Source: Candidatus Woesebacteria bacterium
GTDB taxonomy: Bacteria; Patescibacteriota; Microgenomatia; UBA8517
Assembly: GCA_020060565.1 (NCBI GenBank)
Contig: JAGVAE010000001.1
Location: forward strand, 130,671-194,670
Length of the DNA: 64,000 bases
Reading direction: 5' to 3'
Shown: positions 19,634 through 34,217 of the stretch, piece after piece
How the letters are laid out: each line of letters starts with the position of its first letter
How positions within the stretch are numbered: the stretch's first letter is position 1
The notes under the pieces: generated by a model
The model's input: the letters and a program-made list of their open reading frames with translations, nothing else
The model's database searches: none
What the model was told of the DNA's origin: nothing
Program-made: the position numbers and the translations under genes

Positions 19634-22600
19634 TTATTTTTTTCTTAATATACCCCTAATTCCATAATAAATGGGAATGGTAAGAAGAAGTAGTAACCAT
19701 AAATATCGATTTTTATTAATTGAAGCTCCTAGAACATTTGAATCACCTTTATCTTCGTTGTTATCAGATTCCTGTGTCTCTTTTGTTGTCTCTACCTCCA
19801 AAACTACGGTTGGATCACTCCCAGTATAAGTTGATTCTGGTGTAGTAGTACTATTGTCTGTTGCACTTATTCCCAATACTTGTGGGTGTGTACTGCAGTC
19901 ATGATTAGCACAACCTAGACCATCACCTCCACCGTCACCACCATTTGCAACTGAGGAAGCTAAAATAGTAGGTGTAATTCTATAAACTGCTTCCAAAATA
20001 TCACTGGCATTACCAGCGTTATCATAAGCAATGGCTTTAATAATCGTGTCTTGGTCAATTATAATGGCATCGGTATATGATAGACTCGTATCGTCCGGAG
20101 TTGATTCGTCTGTGGTATAGAAAATATTCTTTAGACCACTTCCCCCATCAGAGCTTGTCAATGTTACCGATTGAATAGAAGTATAATCGCCAGCAACAGG
20201 AGTTGCCATTGGAGTGGTTGGTGAAGTATTGTCAACAGTTACAATTTTTGTGTCAATGCTCCTTACCCAATTTCCCCCAGTTTTGTCTTTAGCTGCAACT
20301 TTAATATACATTAATCCTTCATTCCATGAAGTTGGCACTAAATAATGAACTTGATATGAATTTCCTGAAATTTTAGTCATTGTAGTTGATGTTGGGTTTG
20401 GCCTATTTGTATAGGAATTGTTATAAGAAAAATCTGCTGAGACAGCTGAAATACCTGAAAAGTCTGTTACATCAGCAGAAACATTTAAAGTATCACCTGC
20501 TTTAATATAAAACTGGGGATTTACTTCTAGATTACTAATAGTGGGCACATTGTTGTCTACTGTTAGTTTTCTCATTTCACTCCAACCACTTTCATTTCCT
20601 ACTACATCAACTGCTTTTACTCTCCAATAAAAAGTTATGGTTTGAGTACCTCCAACTGTGCGACTGTTGCTTGTTATAGAGGTTGTATAAATCAGACTAC
20701 TATCATTTCCAGATTCATCAAAATAGCTTGCATATATATAATGATGAGCATCTGGTATTAAACTCCATGATTGTTTGGGATTTCCATTAACAACTGCTCC
20801 ATTTGCAGGAGAGTTCAAAACAGGAATTTCGGGGGCAGTTGAATCATATGTAATCTGACAACTTCCAGCAAGTGTTTTTGATGTGAGTGCCCAATCGGAT
20901 TTATTTCCAACATAGTCCACGGCCCTTACTGCATAACCATAAGTTCCGTCGGAAGTGGGTACCCAAGTATGTACAAATTCGTTAGTTGTTAAGATCTGTT
21001 CATTGATTCCAATAGAACCATTGGGGTTAAATGAAGTATATTCATAATGACTAAAATCAGAATCATTATTTGCACTCCACGTTGGAATAAGTGTTTGACG
21101 TTTGCTCATGGCCCCACAACCATATTCATTTATTTTGTCTGGTGTAAAACGGGTTAATCCAATTGGTTTGGCTGGTGCAGTATTGTCAACTATTATTGTT
21201 TTCCATTCAATTGATCCATTATCTTTGTTGCCAGCTGCATCACGTGCCTCGAGCTTGATAACATAAGTTCCATAAGGAATCGAGGATGTATCCCAATTAA
21301 AAATAAGTTTATCTTCAAATGAAGATTTATCATACACTACTTCCGGACCAGCAACAGTTGTTCCGCTTGAATCCTGTATCACTAACCAATAATGATCAGG
21401 ATTGATATCACTGACTGTACCGTAAATTGGGACAATACCTTTAACAGAAATCTCTGTTGGTGAAGTAATGGCTACATCGGGAGCGGTAGTGTCATATGTA
21501 ACAGAATATACATATGCAGTTGTCTCTTCATTGTCAGCTTCGTCAACTGCTGATGCTTTTATATCATATACCCCATCAATAGAGGGATTCCAAAAAGTAT
21601 CCCAATCAAAGATTTTGTTGGGATTTGAATTAGTCAATGTAGATAGTAGGTTCCACACATTTTCTCCTGCCATCCTCCATGAAATGTTTACTAATTTTGT
21701 AAATAAATTATCGGTCGAAATTCCACTTATATTGATTGAAGTTTTCCAAATACTTTTTCCCAAAGGGGAAGTCAATGTGGTTGTTGGTGCTGTTGCATCA
21801 TAGTAATAATGTCTCCATTCACTCCAAACCCCTTCATTATTCAGATTATCAAAAGCCTGGACTCTAAACCTTACTCCACCTTGCTCATTGCTGTTAGGTA
21901 AATGGTTTCTTTGCGAAAGAGTGCTTGTTCGATAAGGTGCGTCTGGGAATGTGTGATGATCATCATATTGATACTCAATTCTGTAATAATTTATTCCTGA
22001 TGAATCATATGCATCTCCCCAGTCATTTAAGATAGGTTGTGTTGTAAACCAATCATTTTCGTTGGGAAATAAAATATCTGGCGCAAATGGACCAGATGAA
22101 TCAATAGTAAAATCAGCATCTGAACTATCTGATATATTTAAATCTTCATCTGACACAGTTGCTCTTACTTTTACGGTTGAAGAATCTATTTTCGGAACTG
22201 TCCACGAATAACTTCCTGTGTTTGGTAAATTGTCTTCAATTGGTTGATAATTAATTCCATCTGTTGTGTACTCTAATTTTATCTGAAGTGTGTCCCCGTC
22301 AATATCTGAAGCATTCCAAAAAATATCTTGATTACTACTTCCCGCATAGATTTCATCACCATTGGGTGAGATTACGGTAATAGCTGGAACTGTGTTGTAA
22401 AATACTTTTACCTCAATGTGGTCCACCTCAATCCATTGTCCAAAAACGGTGTTTCCTTGAGCAGCGAAGGCCACACCAAAACTAGGATTATTCAAATCAG
22501 CAGGTGTCCATGTCTCACCCCATAGATAATTCTTGCTACCATATTTTTGGTAAGCGTCTATAGTGGGATATTTTTCGTCACTAGCCAAGTTATTACCCAC

Positions 22601-23539
22601 TGCTTCTCCATTCTTAATTAGTCTTACAATATAATCTTTAGACTCTTTGGATCTTTCAGGAGAAGCTTTTCTTTCAATATTTACAACAATCCCTTCAATT
22701 ATTGCGTTTGAGGGAATTGACAAATCAAAGTTTGTAACTTGCAATGTTTCCGATCTCAATCCCAAACTAAGGTAGACTTTCGCATATTTATCGTCTGATG
22801 TGTAAATTTTGTTTTTGTTGTCCCATTCTACTTTACCCCAAAAATCGGTCTGGGTGGACTTTGTAGGATTTGCTACAACAAAAATCGTAAAGTGATCGAT
22901 ATTTGAAACGAGAACTTCTGAATCAGTTGTGGAAACTCCCCCAGATGTGACGAAATTTTGCCCATCTTCCGAGAATTTAACTTCGAGATCGTTGGACTCT
23001 GGTTTGGGAAGCGTAAGATTATATTCAAAGGTTCCATTATCCATGGTGGAAGTAATGTCATAAGCCTTGTCTGAAAGAGCTTTGGAATTTTCCATTTGTT
23101 CAGGAGTAAGGATGATTTCCTCAATAGTTAGATCATTTGGTGTTTCTGGAAGTTTAGTGAAAGTAACTGAAACTTTGGTATCTTTGTAAAAATATTGTGT
23201 ATTAAGAGAAACGCTAGTATAAGTAATTTTATTGGATTGTTCGGCTAGTGCATTATTTTCAACAGAAGTTAAAAATGCTTCAGATGTCGCAGTTAGAATG
23301 AGAGACTCTTCAATTGTGGAGGAAAGGGAAGCTTCAGAACTTTCGATTGGATCAGTGGTTGGTGTAGTTGTGGTTGTGGATGCAGGCACAAGTGTTTCCT
23401 CTGTAGTTGGAGAAGGAGTTGGCTCATCCGTTGCTATCACTGCAAATGGTGCGCCTAGGGAGTTGAACAGTAATGCTACAGTGGCGATAAAAGAAACGAT
23501 TTTCCTCAGTATTCTTAGTTTCATATAACAGAATACCAA
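19634..23539 (-). CDS. Giant cell-surface protein (1301 aa) with Ig/FN3-like beta-rich repeats and a C-terminal sorting signal
   Basis: It has an N-terminal signal peptide and a Thr/Pro-rich linker. The C-terminus reads GGGDGLGCANHDCS...NVLGAS, then a Leu-rich TM stretch, then RGILRKK. Confidence 0.6.
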   Translation of the reverse strand: MVFCYMKLRILRKIVSFIATVALLFNSLGAPFAVIATDEPTPSPTTEETLVPASTTTTTPTTDPIESSEASLSSTIEESLILTATSEAFLTSVENNALAEQSNKITYTSVSLNTQYFYKDTKVSVTFTKLPETPNDLTIEEIILTPEQMENSKALSDKAYDITSTMDNGTFEYNLTLPKPESNDLEVKFSEDGQNFVTSGGVSTTDSEVLVSNIDHFTIFVVANPTKSTQTDFWGKVEWDNKNKIYTSDDKYAKVYLSLGLRSETLQVTNFDLSIPSNAIIEGIVVNIERKASPERSKESKDYIVRLIKNGEAVGNNLASDEKYPTIDAYQKYGSKNYLWGETWTPADLNNPSFGVAFAAQGNTVFGQWIEVDHIEVKVFYNTVPAITVISPNGDEIYAGSSNQDIFWNASDIDGDTLQIKLEYTTDGINYQPIEDNLPNTGSYSWTVPKIDSSTVKVRATVSDEDLNISDSSDADFTIDSSGPFAPDILFPNENDWFTTQPILNDWGDAYDSSGINYYRIEYQYDDHHTFPDAPYRTSTLSQRNHLPNSNEQGGVRFRVQAFDNLNNEGVWSEWRHYYYDATAPTTTLTSPLGKSIWKTSINISGISTDNLFTKLVNISWRMAGENVWNLLSTLTNSNPNKIFDWDTFWNPSIDGVYDIKASAVDEADNEETTAYVYSVTYDTTAPDVAITSPTEISVKGIVPIYGTVSDINPDHYWLVIQDSSGTTVAGPEVVYDKSSFEDKLIFNWDTSSIPYGTYVIKLEARDAAGNKDNGSIEWKTIIVDNTAPAKPIGLTRFTPDKINEYGCGAMSKRQTLIPTWSANNDSDFSHYEYTSFNPNGSIGINEQILTTNEFVHTWVPTSDGTYGYAVRAVDYVGNKSDWALTSKTLAGSCQITYDSTAPEIPVLNSPANGAVVNGNPKQSWSLIPDAHHYIYASYFDESGNDSSLIYTTSITSNSRTVGGTQTITFYWRVKAVDVVGNESGWSEMRKLTVDNNVPTISNLEVNPQFYIKAGDTLNVSADVTDFSGISAVSADFSYNNSYTNRPNPTSTTMTKISGNSYQVHYLVPTSWNEGLMYIKVAAKDKTGGNWVRSIDTKIVTVDNTSPTTPMATPVAGDYTSIQSVTLTSSDGGSGLKNIFYTTDESTPDDTSLSYTDAIIIDQDTIIKAIAYDNAGNASDILEAVYRITPTILASSVANGGDGGGDGLGCANHDCSTHPQVLGISATDNSTTTPESTYTGSDPTVVLEVETTKETQESDNNEDKGDSNVLGASINKNRYLWLLLLLTIPIYYGIRGILRKK

Positions 23540-23585
23540 CTATTACACTCTGAGTATACTATCGGAATTGTATTTGTCAAACTTT

Positions 23586-25577
23586 TTATATCAAAAATGG
23601 AGCGATAAGAAGGGCGACAATGTTTACAATCTTTATCATCGGGTTTAAGGCTGGGCCTGCAGTATCTTTATATGGATCCCCAACTGTATCTCCCGTAACA
23701 GCAGCTTTGTGAGCCTCACTTCCTTTGCCACCAAAATGTCCTGATTCAATATATTTTTTAGCATTATCCCAAGCTGCTCCTCCAGTTGTCATTGAAATTC
23801 CCACAAAGATTCCTGTAACAATTACTCCCATCAAAAGCCCTCCGACTCCAGATGCTCCAAGTACAAGTCCAACTAAAATTGGAGAAGCAACAGGAATAAT
23901 AGCAGGAACAATCATTTCTTTTAATGCTGCTTTTGTAACTATATCAACGGCACGCCCATATTCTGGCTTTTGTTTTCCTGACATAATTCCCTTAATGGTT
24001 TTAAATTGGCGTCTGATTTCTTCAACAATTGCTTTTGCGGCAGACCCGACCGCTTCCATTGCCATTGCTGCAAAAAGATAAGGAAGTGAAGCACCAATAA
24101 GAAGTCCAACTAAAACTTTTGGATCAGAAAGGGAGAAAGTTAAATTAAGTCCAAGTTTTGAAAGTTCTTCAGTAAATGCCGCAAAAAGAACCAAGGCTGC
24201 TAACCCCGCAGAAGCTATGGCATATCCTTTAGTAACAGCTTTTGTGGTGTTGCCTACAGCGTCAAGTGCATCAGTAACATCTCTAACTTTTTCAGGTTGG
24301 TTTGTCATTTCTGCAATTCCACCTGCGTTATCTGTGATTGGTCCAAAAGCATCAATTGCCACAACTATCCCAGTTAAAGAAAGCATGGACATGGCGGCAA
24401 TGGCTACACCATAAAGACCAAACAAAAAGAATGAAGCCAAAGTTGCCGCACAGATTAACATAATAGGAGCGAAAGTTGATTTCATAGACACTGCCAAGCC
24501 TGCAATAATATTTGTTCCATGGCCCGTGACCGAAGCGTCTGCAATATGTCTTACTGCTTGGGAGTTTTTGGAAGTATAAAACTCAGTAATGACAACCATT
24601 CCTACTGTGACCACAATTCCTATCAATGTGGCCAAAAATACTTTTATGTCTCCCCCAGCCAGAACTTGGGTAAGATAGTAAAAAATGAGAGCGGAAACAA
24701 TCGAAGCTACTGCGAGTCCTTTATATAGTGCAGGCATGATTTTTTTGTCTTTTCCAGGTCGAACAAAAAATGTTCCGATAATGGATGCAACTATTGCGCC
24801 CGCTCCAATGGCTAGTGGAAAATTAATTGCCAATGGAGAGTTTGCAAGAACCAAGCTGCCAAGAATCATTGCCGCAACCGCAGTAACCACATAAGTTTCA
24901 AATAAATCGGCGGCCATTCCTGCACAATCACCCACGTTGTCTCCAACAAGATCAGCAATAACTCCAGGATTTCTAGGATCGTCTTCAGGAATACTCTTTT
25001 CAATCTTTCCTACCATATCAGTTCCAACATCAGCCCCCTTGGTGTAGATTCCTCCACCTAAACGTGCAAATACTGAAATAAGAGAGCCTCCAAAACCAAG
25101 TGCAATTAAAGGACTGAGAGAATCAACACCAAACTTTTGAAGAACCAAATATGTTCCAGAAATAGCCATAAGTGCAAGTCCTGCAACCATGAGTCCTGTT
25201 ACACTTCCACCTGCAAATGCGGTGATTAAGGCAGGAGAAAGACCTTTTTTAGCAGCTTCAGTTACTCTAACATTTGCACGAACTGAGATATTCATTCCAA
25301 CAAATCCTGCAGCAGCAGAGAGAGCGGCCCCGACTAAAAATGCAAAGGCGTTAAATGGTCCTTGGAGAAGCCAAAGAACTATAAAAATAACGACTGCGAT
25401 ACCCGAAACTACGATATATTGACGTTTAAGATATGCTTGTGCACCTTCTGCAATAGCATCAGAAATTGCAACCATATTGGGTGTTCCTGTTGGAAGGCGT
25501 AAAATTCTAACTGTTTGAATTATTCCGTAGGCAATTGCAAGAAGGCTAGAAACAAGAGCGATGTTTACAAAATTCAT
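23586..25577 (-). CDS. hppA: Membrane-bound H+/Na+-translocating pyrophosphatase
   Basis: The signature motifs [19 protein letters not shown] and [17 protein letters not shown] are present, across 15-16 TM helices. Confidence 0.9.
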   Translation of the reverse strand: MNFVNIALVSSLLAIAYGIIQTVRILRLPTGTPNMVAISDAIAEGAQAYLKRQYIVVSGIAVVIFIVLWLLQGPFNAFAFLVGAALSAAAGFVGMNISVRANVRVTEAAKKGLSPALITAFAGGSVTGLMVAGLALMAISGTYLVLQKFGVDSLSPLIALGFGGSLISVFARLGGGIYTKGADVGTDMVGKIEKSIPEDDPRNPGVIADLVGDNVGDCAGMAADLFETYVVTAVAAMILGSLVLANSPLAINFPLAIGAGAIVASIIGTFFVRPGKDKKIMPALYKGLAVASIVSALIFYYLTQVLAGGDIKVFLATLIGIVVTVGMVVITEFYTSKNSQAVRHIADASVTGHGTNIIAGLAVSMKSTFAPIMLICAATLASFFLFGLYGVAIAAMSMLSLTGIVVAIDAFGPITDNAGGIAEMTNQPEKVRDVTDALDAVGNTTKAVTKGYAIASAGLAALVLFAAFTEELSKLGLNLTFSLSDPKVLVGLLIGASLPYLFAAMAMEAVGSAAKAIVEEIRRQFKTIKGIMSGKQKPEYGRAVDIVTKAALKEMIVPAIIPVASPILVGLVLGASGVGGLLMGVIVTGIFVGISMTTGGAAWDNAKKYIESGHFGGKGSEAHKAAVTGDTVGDPYKDTAGPALNPMIKIVNIVALLIAPFLI

Positions 25578-25633
25578 TATAGCTTGATATTTTAAGAGTT
25601 AGTCTTTCTGATTTCAATAGCTAATTTGTAAAG

Positions 25634-28691
<3,058 letters not shown>

Positions 28692-28766
28692 ATGGACAGT
28701 TTAAATCTTAGAAGTAAAAAGTCAAAAGTTATCATCAAATGACATTTTATATGTTAATATTAATGT

Positions 28767-30512
28767 ATGCCCACTGCTCAACCGACACCTGCCATCCCCG
28801 CAGACAAAAGTCTTCCTAATGGAACTTTGGCTGATGTTTTGGTTGTAATTGGAGCTTTGGATAAAGCTCGTGCAGATCAAATAAAATTAGCTGAAATTCA
28901 AAGCGGAAAATCACAAGAAGAAATTATTAAAGAAGGTGCTTTGGTGCCTGATAGTAAGCTAGTTCAAGCCAAGGCACAGCTGTATAACATTCCATATGTT
29001 GATTTAAGTGCAATACCAGTTGAACCAGCTTCCTTGGCTTCTCTTCCTTCTGAAGTTGCAGAAAGGTTCAAGGTTTTTCCAATATCTGTTGATAGAAAAG
29101 AAAAAAGTTTAACTCTTGCCATGGCGGATCCCTTAGACCTTTCTGCCATTGAATTTATTGAACAAAAAACAGGCCTTCATGTAAAACCCCGAGCGGCTGA
29201 AGCTATGCAGATAACCGATTTTATTGAAAACCGTTATTCATCTTCTCTTACTCAGGAAGTTACAGCGGCAATGAAGGAAGTGGCCCCCGAGAGGAATGAA
29301 ATACACACCCTGGAGTCAAGTAAAAATGGTTTTATTAGAGAAGAAAAGGTGGCTCAAATAGTTTCCCAAATACTTGATTTTGCCATTAAATCGCGCGCAT
29401 CCGATGTTCATATTGAGCCCCAGGAAAAATCCACCAGGGTAAGATATCGTATTGATGGTATTTTACAGGAGAAATTAACTATCCCCCACGAGCTTCACGA
29501 CTCACTTGTTTCCAGAATAAAAATTTTAGGTGCAATGAAAATAGACGAAAGAAGAATCCCTCAAGATGGAAGATTTAATTTCAAAGGCCAAGAGGAAGAA
29601 GTGGATCTTCGTATCTCTTCTCTTCCAACCTCTTGGGGAGAAAAGATTGTCATGAGACTTCTTAAAAAATCTGGAGGTGTTCCTGATTTACCTGAATTGG
29701 GACTTCGTGGTAATGGACTTAAAAATTTGCAAGAAGCTATACTCCGTCCGCATGGAATAATTTTAATTTGTGGCCCTACTGGGTCAGGAAAAACTACCAC
29801 TCTTTATTCAGTTATATCAAAGCTTAATACTCCTAAAGTAAATATTGTTACTCTGGAAGATCCTATTGAATATAAAATTCCAGGAGTAAATCAGGTACAA
29901 ATAAACCCAGCAGTGGGTCTTACTTTTGCCGATGGACTTAAGTCTTTCTTAAGACAAGATCCAAATATCATTCTGGTTGGAGAAATAAGGGACCGAGAAA
30001 CCGCTGATCTTGCCATACAGGCTTCTCTTACCGGACATTTAGTGTTTTCAACACTTCATACCAACGATGCCTCAGGAGCACTCCCTAGATTACTTGATAT
30101 GGGTGCAGAACCCTACCTTCTTTCCTCTTCGATTACGTGTATTGTTGCACAGCGCGTTGTTAGAAAAATCCACAATGACTGTAAGGAAGCATATATTCCA
30201 GAACAAAAAGTGATTGAGGAAATGAAAGTTGAGTTGGGTAGTCTTTGGCAACCAACAGGTGAAACAAAATTATACAAAGGAAAGGGTGATCCAGAATGTG
30301 GAAACTCGGGATATTTTGGCAGAGTTGGTATATTTGAAGTTATTCCAACAACAGAAAAAATAAGCAGACTCATACTAGAAAGATCTAGCGCTTCTGCTAT
30401 TAATAAACAAGCCAAAGAAGAAGGGATGATTTCTCTTAAACAGGATGGATACTTGAAAGTAATCGAAGGAATTACTACAGTGGAAGAGGTAATCAGAGTT
30501 GCACAGGAGTGA
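28767..30512 (+). CDS. pilB: Type IV pilus assembly ATPase PilB (GspE family)
   Basis: There is an N-terminal T2SS-E N domain and the Walker A motif LICGPTGSGKTTTLYS. Asp and His boxes are present, and the C-terminus has a tetracysteine-like CxxC...C motif. Confidence 0.85.
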   Translation: MPTAQPTPAIPADKSLPNGTLADVLVVIGALDKARADQIKLAEIQSGKSQEEIIKEGALVPDSKLVQAKAQLYNIPYVDLSAIPVEPASLASLPSEVAERFKVFPISVDRKEKSLTLAMADPLDLSAIEFIEQKTGLHVKPRAAEAMQITDFIENRYSSSLTQEVTAAMKEVAPERNEIHTLESSKNGFIREEKVAQIVSQILDFAIKSRASDVHIEPQEKSTRVRYRIDGILQEKLTIPHELHDSLVSRIKILGAMKIDERRIPQDGRFNFKGQEEEVDLRISSLPTSWGEKIVMRLLKKSGGVPDLPELGLRGNGLKNLQEAILRPHGIILICGPTGSGKTTTLYSVISKLNTPKVNIVTLEDPIEYKIPGVNQVQINPAVGLTFADGLKSFLRQDPNIILVGEIRDRETADLAIQASLTGHLVFSTLHTNDASGALPRLLDMGAEPYLLSSSITCIVAQRVVRKIHNDCKEAYIPEQKVIEEMKVELGSLWQPTGETKLYKGKGDPECGNSGYFGRVGIFEVIPTTEKISRLILERSSASAINKQAKEEGMISLKQDGYLKVIEGITTVEEVIRVAQE

Positions 30513-30556
30513 CGACTCAATTAAAAATTAAAAATTTATAATTTAAAATTAATAAT

Positions 30557-31615
30557 ATGGATATAAAGTTGTTATTACAAAATACAATAGACAGTAAAGC
30601 CAGCGACCTGCATTTAATTGCAGGTCTTCCTCCAACCCTAAGGATTAATGGTGAACTTGTCCCAATTCCTTCTGTTGGTGTTTTAACCACTGATCAGATT
30701 AATCAATTCTTAAAACAGATAATGACTGCAGAACAGTTGGAAAAGTTGTCAGTGAATAAAGAAATTGACTTCTCCTTAAGTTTTTCGGACAAAGGAAGAT
30801 TTAGAATTAATGCCTATACACAAAAAAATTCCATGGCAGCAGCTTTTAGATTAATTCCTCTTGCGATTCCAGATATAGATAGTATGGGACTTCCCAAAAT
30901 TCTCCACTCATTTACTAGTTTGCGTCAGGGACTTGTACTTGTTACTGGTCCAACTGGGCATGGAAAGTCCACTACTCTAGCGGCTATGATCAATGAAATA
31001 AACAAAAATCGAACTTGCCATATTTTGACAATTGAAGATCCTGTAGAATTTATTTTCAAACCCATTAAATCAATAATTTCCCAAAGGGAGATGAGAAGTG
31101 ATACTCATTCATGGGAAATAGCGTTAAGAAGCGCACTTCGTGAGGATCCTGATGTGGTTTTGGTAGGAGAAATGAGGGATTACGAAACCATTGCAGCAGC
31201 ATTAACTGTTGCAGAGACTGGACATTTAGTTTTTGCAACCTTGCATACTAATAGTGCAGCTCAATCAATTGACAGAATTGTTGACGTTTTTCCAAATGAA
31301 CAACAAAAGCAAATTAGGCTTCAGTTAAGTAATACCTTGGAGGCTGTATTCTCACAGCGCCTTGTTGCTTCGGCTGCAAAAGGCAGAGCTGTAGCCTATG
31401 AAGTCATGCTGGGTACAACTGCAGTAAAAACTGCCATAAGGGAAGGAAAAACTCATCAGATAGAAAGTATTCTTGAAACTTCCCAGGAAGCTGGAATGAG
31501 CACTCTTGAGCGCTCCCTGGCTGATTTGGTTAAAGCGGGAACCATTACCATGGAAACCGCTGAAAGTTGGAGTCTTCGCCCTGAAGAACTTGCAAGACTA
31601 GTTAGAAGTATATGA
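30557..31615 (+). CDS. pilT: Type IV pilus retraction ATPase PilT
   Basis: The Walker A motif LVTGPTGHGKSTTLAAMI and the motifs ILTIEDPVEF and LREDPDVVLVGEMRD are present, with PilT-like length. Confidence 0.85.
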   Translation: MDIKLLLQNTIDSKASDLHLIAGLPPTLRINGELVPIPSVGVLTTDQINQFLKQIMTAEQLEKLSVNKEIDFSLSFSDKGRFRINAYTQKNSMAAAFRLIPLAIPDIDSMGLPKILHSFTSLRQGLVLVTGPTGHGKSTTLAAMINEINKNRTCHILTIEDPVEFIFKPIKSIISQREMRSDTHSWEIALRSALREDPDVVLVGEMRDYETIAAALTVAETGHLVFATLHTNSAAQSIDRIVDVFPNEQQKQIRLQLSNTLEAVFSQRLVASAAKGRAVAYEVMLGTTAVKTAIREGKTHQIESILETSQEAGMSTLERSLADLVKAGTITMETAESWSLRPEELARLVRSI

Positions 31616-32817
31616 ATAGATTTAACTATAAAGCCAAGGATAAAGATGGACGGCTTGTTACAGGAGAAGTTGAAGCTGGATCATTAACAGATGCTGCAAG
31701 ACTAGTAAGAAGTAAGGGTTTATATATTATTTCTCTTCAGGCAAAGATTGATTCACCTCTCAATTTAATTAAGAGGATGAAAGAAAGAATTACCAGTCGC
31801 GATGTGGCAACATTTACAAGACAACTTTCAACAATGATAAATGCGGGACTTCCCATAACAGAAGCTCTTTTAATATTACGTTCACAGTCAAAAGGTTCTA
31901 TGCAAAAGATTGTTGCTCAAATTTTAGCTGATGTTGAAGCGGGAGAGTCATTATCTAATTCTCTTGAACGCCACCCCAAGATATTTTCAAAAACATATAT
32001 GGCATTGGTTAAATCAGGTGAGGTTGGAGGGGTTATGGATGCTGTTTTGGGAAGACTTGCAGATAATTTGGAAAAACAACAGGAATTCGCGGGTAAAGTT
32101 AAAGGAGCGTTGATTTATCCAGTAGTGATTATTGTCGGAATGGTAGTGGTAAGTATTATTATGATGATATTTGTTATTCCCCGACTTTTGTCGTTATATG
32201 CTGATTTTAATGCAACACTACCGCTTCCAACTTTAATTTTAATCAGTATTTCAAACTTTCTTATTAAATTTTGGTGGATAATTGTTGTTATTTTGGGACT
32301 GGCTGCATATTTCCTTAAGCTTTACGACGCAACCCCAAACGGAAAAAGACATATAGATTCTATTAAATTCAAATTACCAGTTTTTGGAGATCTTCAGCGT
32401 CAAGTAGTTTTAACGGAACTAACACGCACAATGTCCCTTATGGTTGGATCTGGAGTACCCATACTTGAAACTCTGAACATAACAAGTGAAGTGGTGTCCA
32501 GTCCAATAGTCTCAGATGCCTTAAAAGATTCTGCTAAACAAGTAGAAAAAGGTTTTCCTATTGCCTACTCATTTTCTAAACATCCAGAAGCATTTCCCTT
32601 TATCTTAAGTCAAATGATAGCAGTTGGAGAGGAAACTGGAAAAATGGATGATGTTTTAACAAAGATAAGCCACATTTTTGAAGTGGAAAGCGACGAGAGG
32701 GTTAAGGGTTTAACTTCCGCTATTGAGCCTATTGTTATGGTGGTTTTGGGTTTGGGGGTGGGGTTTTTGGTTATTGCTGTGATACTTCCAATATATAACT
32801 TGACAAGTCAATTCTAA
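31612..32817 (+). CDS. pilC: Type IV pilus inner-membrane platform protein PilC (GspF family)
   Basis: There are two GspF repeats with 3 TM segments, approximately 400 aa in total. Confidence 0.85.
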   Translation: MNRFNYKAKDKDGRLVTGEVEAGSLTDAARLVRSKGLYIISLQAKIDSPLNLIKRMKERITSRDVATFTRQLSTMINAGLPITEALLILRSQSKGSMQKIVAQILADVEAGESLSNSLERHPKIFSKTYMALVKSGEVGGVMDAVLGRLADNLEKQQEFAGKVKGALIYPVVIIVGMVVVSIIMMIFVIPRLLSLYADFNATLPLPTLILISISNFLIKFWWIIVVILGLAAYFLKLYDATPNGKRHIDSIKFKLPVFGDLQRQVVLTELTRTMSLMVGSGVPILETLNITSEVVSSPIVSDALKDSAKQVEKGFPIAYSFSKHPEAFPFILSQMIAVGEETGKMDDVLTKISHIFEVESDERVKGLTSAIEPIVMVVLGLGVGFLVIAVILPIYNLTSQF

Positions 32818-32835
32818 TGAATAATACTTAAATAT

Positions 32836-33486
32836 ATGCGTAAAGCCTTTACCTTGGTTGAGCTTTTGATAGTTATTGCGCTCCTTGGTGTTATAGCAAC
32901 AATAGTTATTGCCGCGATAAATCCTATTGAACAAGCAAACAGAGCTTCAGATGCGGGTAAAAAAGCTGATGCCAGTCAGCTTATTTCAGCCATTGAACGC
33001 TATTACACGACTCACGGTCAATTTCCTTGGCAAGCACCTTCGTGTACCGCAAACGGAGGATCCTTCTGTGAACCTATCCAGGGAGCAGATGCGACATTGG
33101 CATTTCTTTCCGCTGACGATCCTTCTATTGGGCTTTGTGGGGCAGCAGGCGTTGCTTGTAAAACAACAGCCAACCAAGGGGAGTTGATTTCAAGTCTTGA
33201 GCTTCAGACTCAGTTTTTAAGTAAGAATTGGATTGGAGCTACTGCTCTAAGCGATAAAATTTTAGTAGGTAAAGGAGCTGGTTCTTCGTCGGGTGTCTAT
33301 GCTTGCTGGGTACCAAAAGCAAATTCAAATAGACAAGTGTTAATTAGTAGTGTGGGTACAAATAACAAGATGATTGATACAACGGCTGCTTTTACAAGTG
33401 CAGGAATACCGACAGGTGGAACTTGTACGGCTATTACAGATACAGGATGGACCACAGGTGCGTGTTCCGAGTGTGTTCCTGAATAA
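32836..33486 (+). CDS. Type IV pilin (candidate major pilin)
   Basis: There is a class III signal MRKAFTLVELLIVIALLGVIA with Glu at +5. The C-terminal region is Cys-containing. Confidence 0.7.
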   Translation: MRKAFTLVELLIVIALLGVIATIVIAAINPIEQANRASDAGKKADASQLISAIERYYTTHGQFPWQAPSCTANGGSFCEPIQGADATLAFLSADDPSIGLCGAAGVACKTTANQGELISSLELQTQFLSKNWIGATALSDKILVGKGAGSSSGVYACWVPKANSNRQVLISSVGTNNKMIDTTAAFTSAGIPTGGTCTAITDTGWTTGACSECVPE

Positions 33487-34217
33487 TGTTTCTTCTTTTT
33501 TTTCTAAAATTTATCATTGGTATAGTTATCGGTTCTTTTATTGCAGCACTCACATATCGATATCCAAAAAAAATTTCAAATATTTACGGACGTTCCTTTT
33601 GTGATAATTGTAAAAAGCAAATTAAATGGTTTGATAACATTCCCCTTCTATCGTTTATTTTTCTTGGTGGAAGGTGTAGAGATTGTAGTGGCAGAATATC
33701 ATTACGTTATCCTGCCATAGAAATACTGACTGCTGTATTTTTTGTGTTAATTGGATTTAATATCATTTGGTTAATTCTATTTTGTATCTTAGAAGTTATT
33801 TTTATAATTGACCTGGAAAATCAAATTATTCCTGACATTTTTGTGTTTATTGGACTAGCTGTAGTAATTTTAAATTTTCAATTTTTATCACAAGGTGTAA
33901 TTATTTTCAATTCAGCTCTTGCGGGGTTGGTTTGTGCATCATTTTTATTACTTGTTCATTTACTTACCAAGGGCCGTGGAATGGGACTTGGGGATGTTAA
34001 ATTTGCAGTACTTGGGGGGTTTATTGTAGGACTACCATTGTCCCCTATTTGGCTACTTATAGCATTCTTGACAGGTGCAGTGGTCGGAATCATACTGATT
34101 CTAGTTGGAAAAGCTAAGCTTAAAAGTAAAATCGCTTTTGGCCCTTTTTTAATTGCAGCAATTCCAATTACTTTATTATGGGGACAAAAAATTATAGATA
34201 TACTGGGTTCACATTAA
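33486..34217 (+). CDS. pilD: Prepilin peptidase PilD (A24 family)
   Basis: The N-terminal zinc-binding motif CDNCKKQI...CRDCSG and the catalytic Asp motif GMGLGDVKF are present. Confidence 0.85.
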   Translation: MFLLFFLKFIIGIVIGSFIAALTYRYPKKISNIYGRSFCDNCKKQIKWFDNIPLLSFIFLGGRCRDCSGRISLRYPAIEILTAVFFVLIGFNIIWLILFCILEVIFIIDLENQIIPDIFVFIGLAVVILNFQFLSQGVIIFNSALAGLVCASFLLLVHLLTKGRGMGLGDVKFAVLGGFIVGLPLSPIWLLIAFLTGAVVGIILILVGKAKLKSKIAFGPFLIAAIPITLLWGQKIIDILGSH

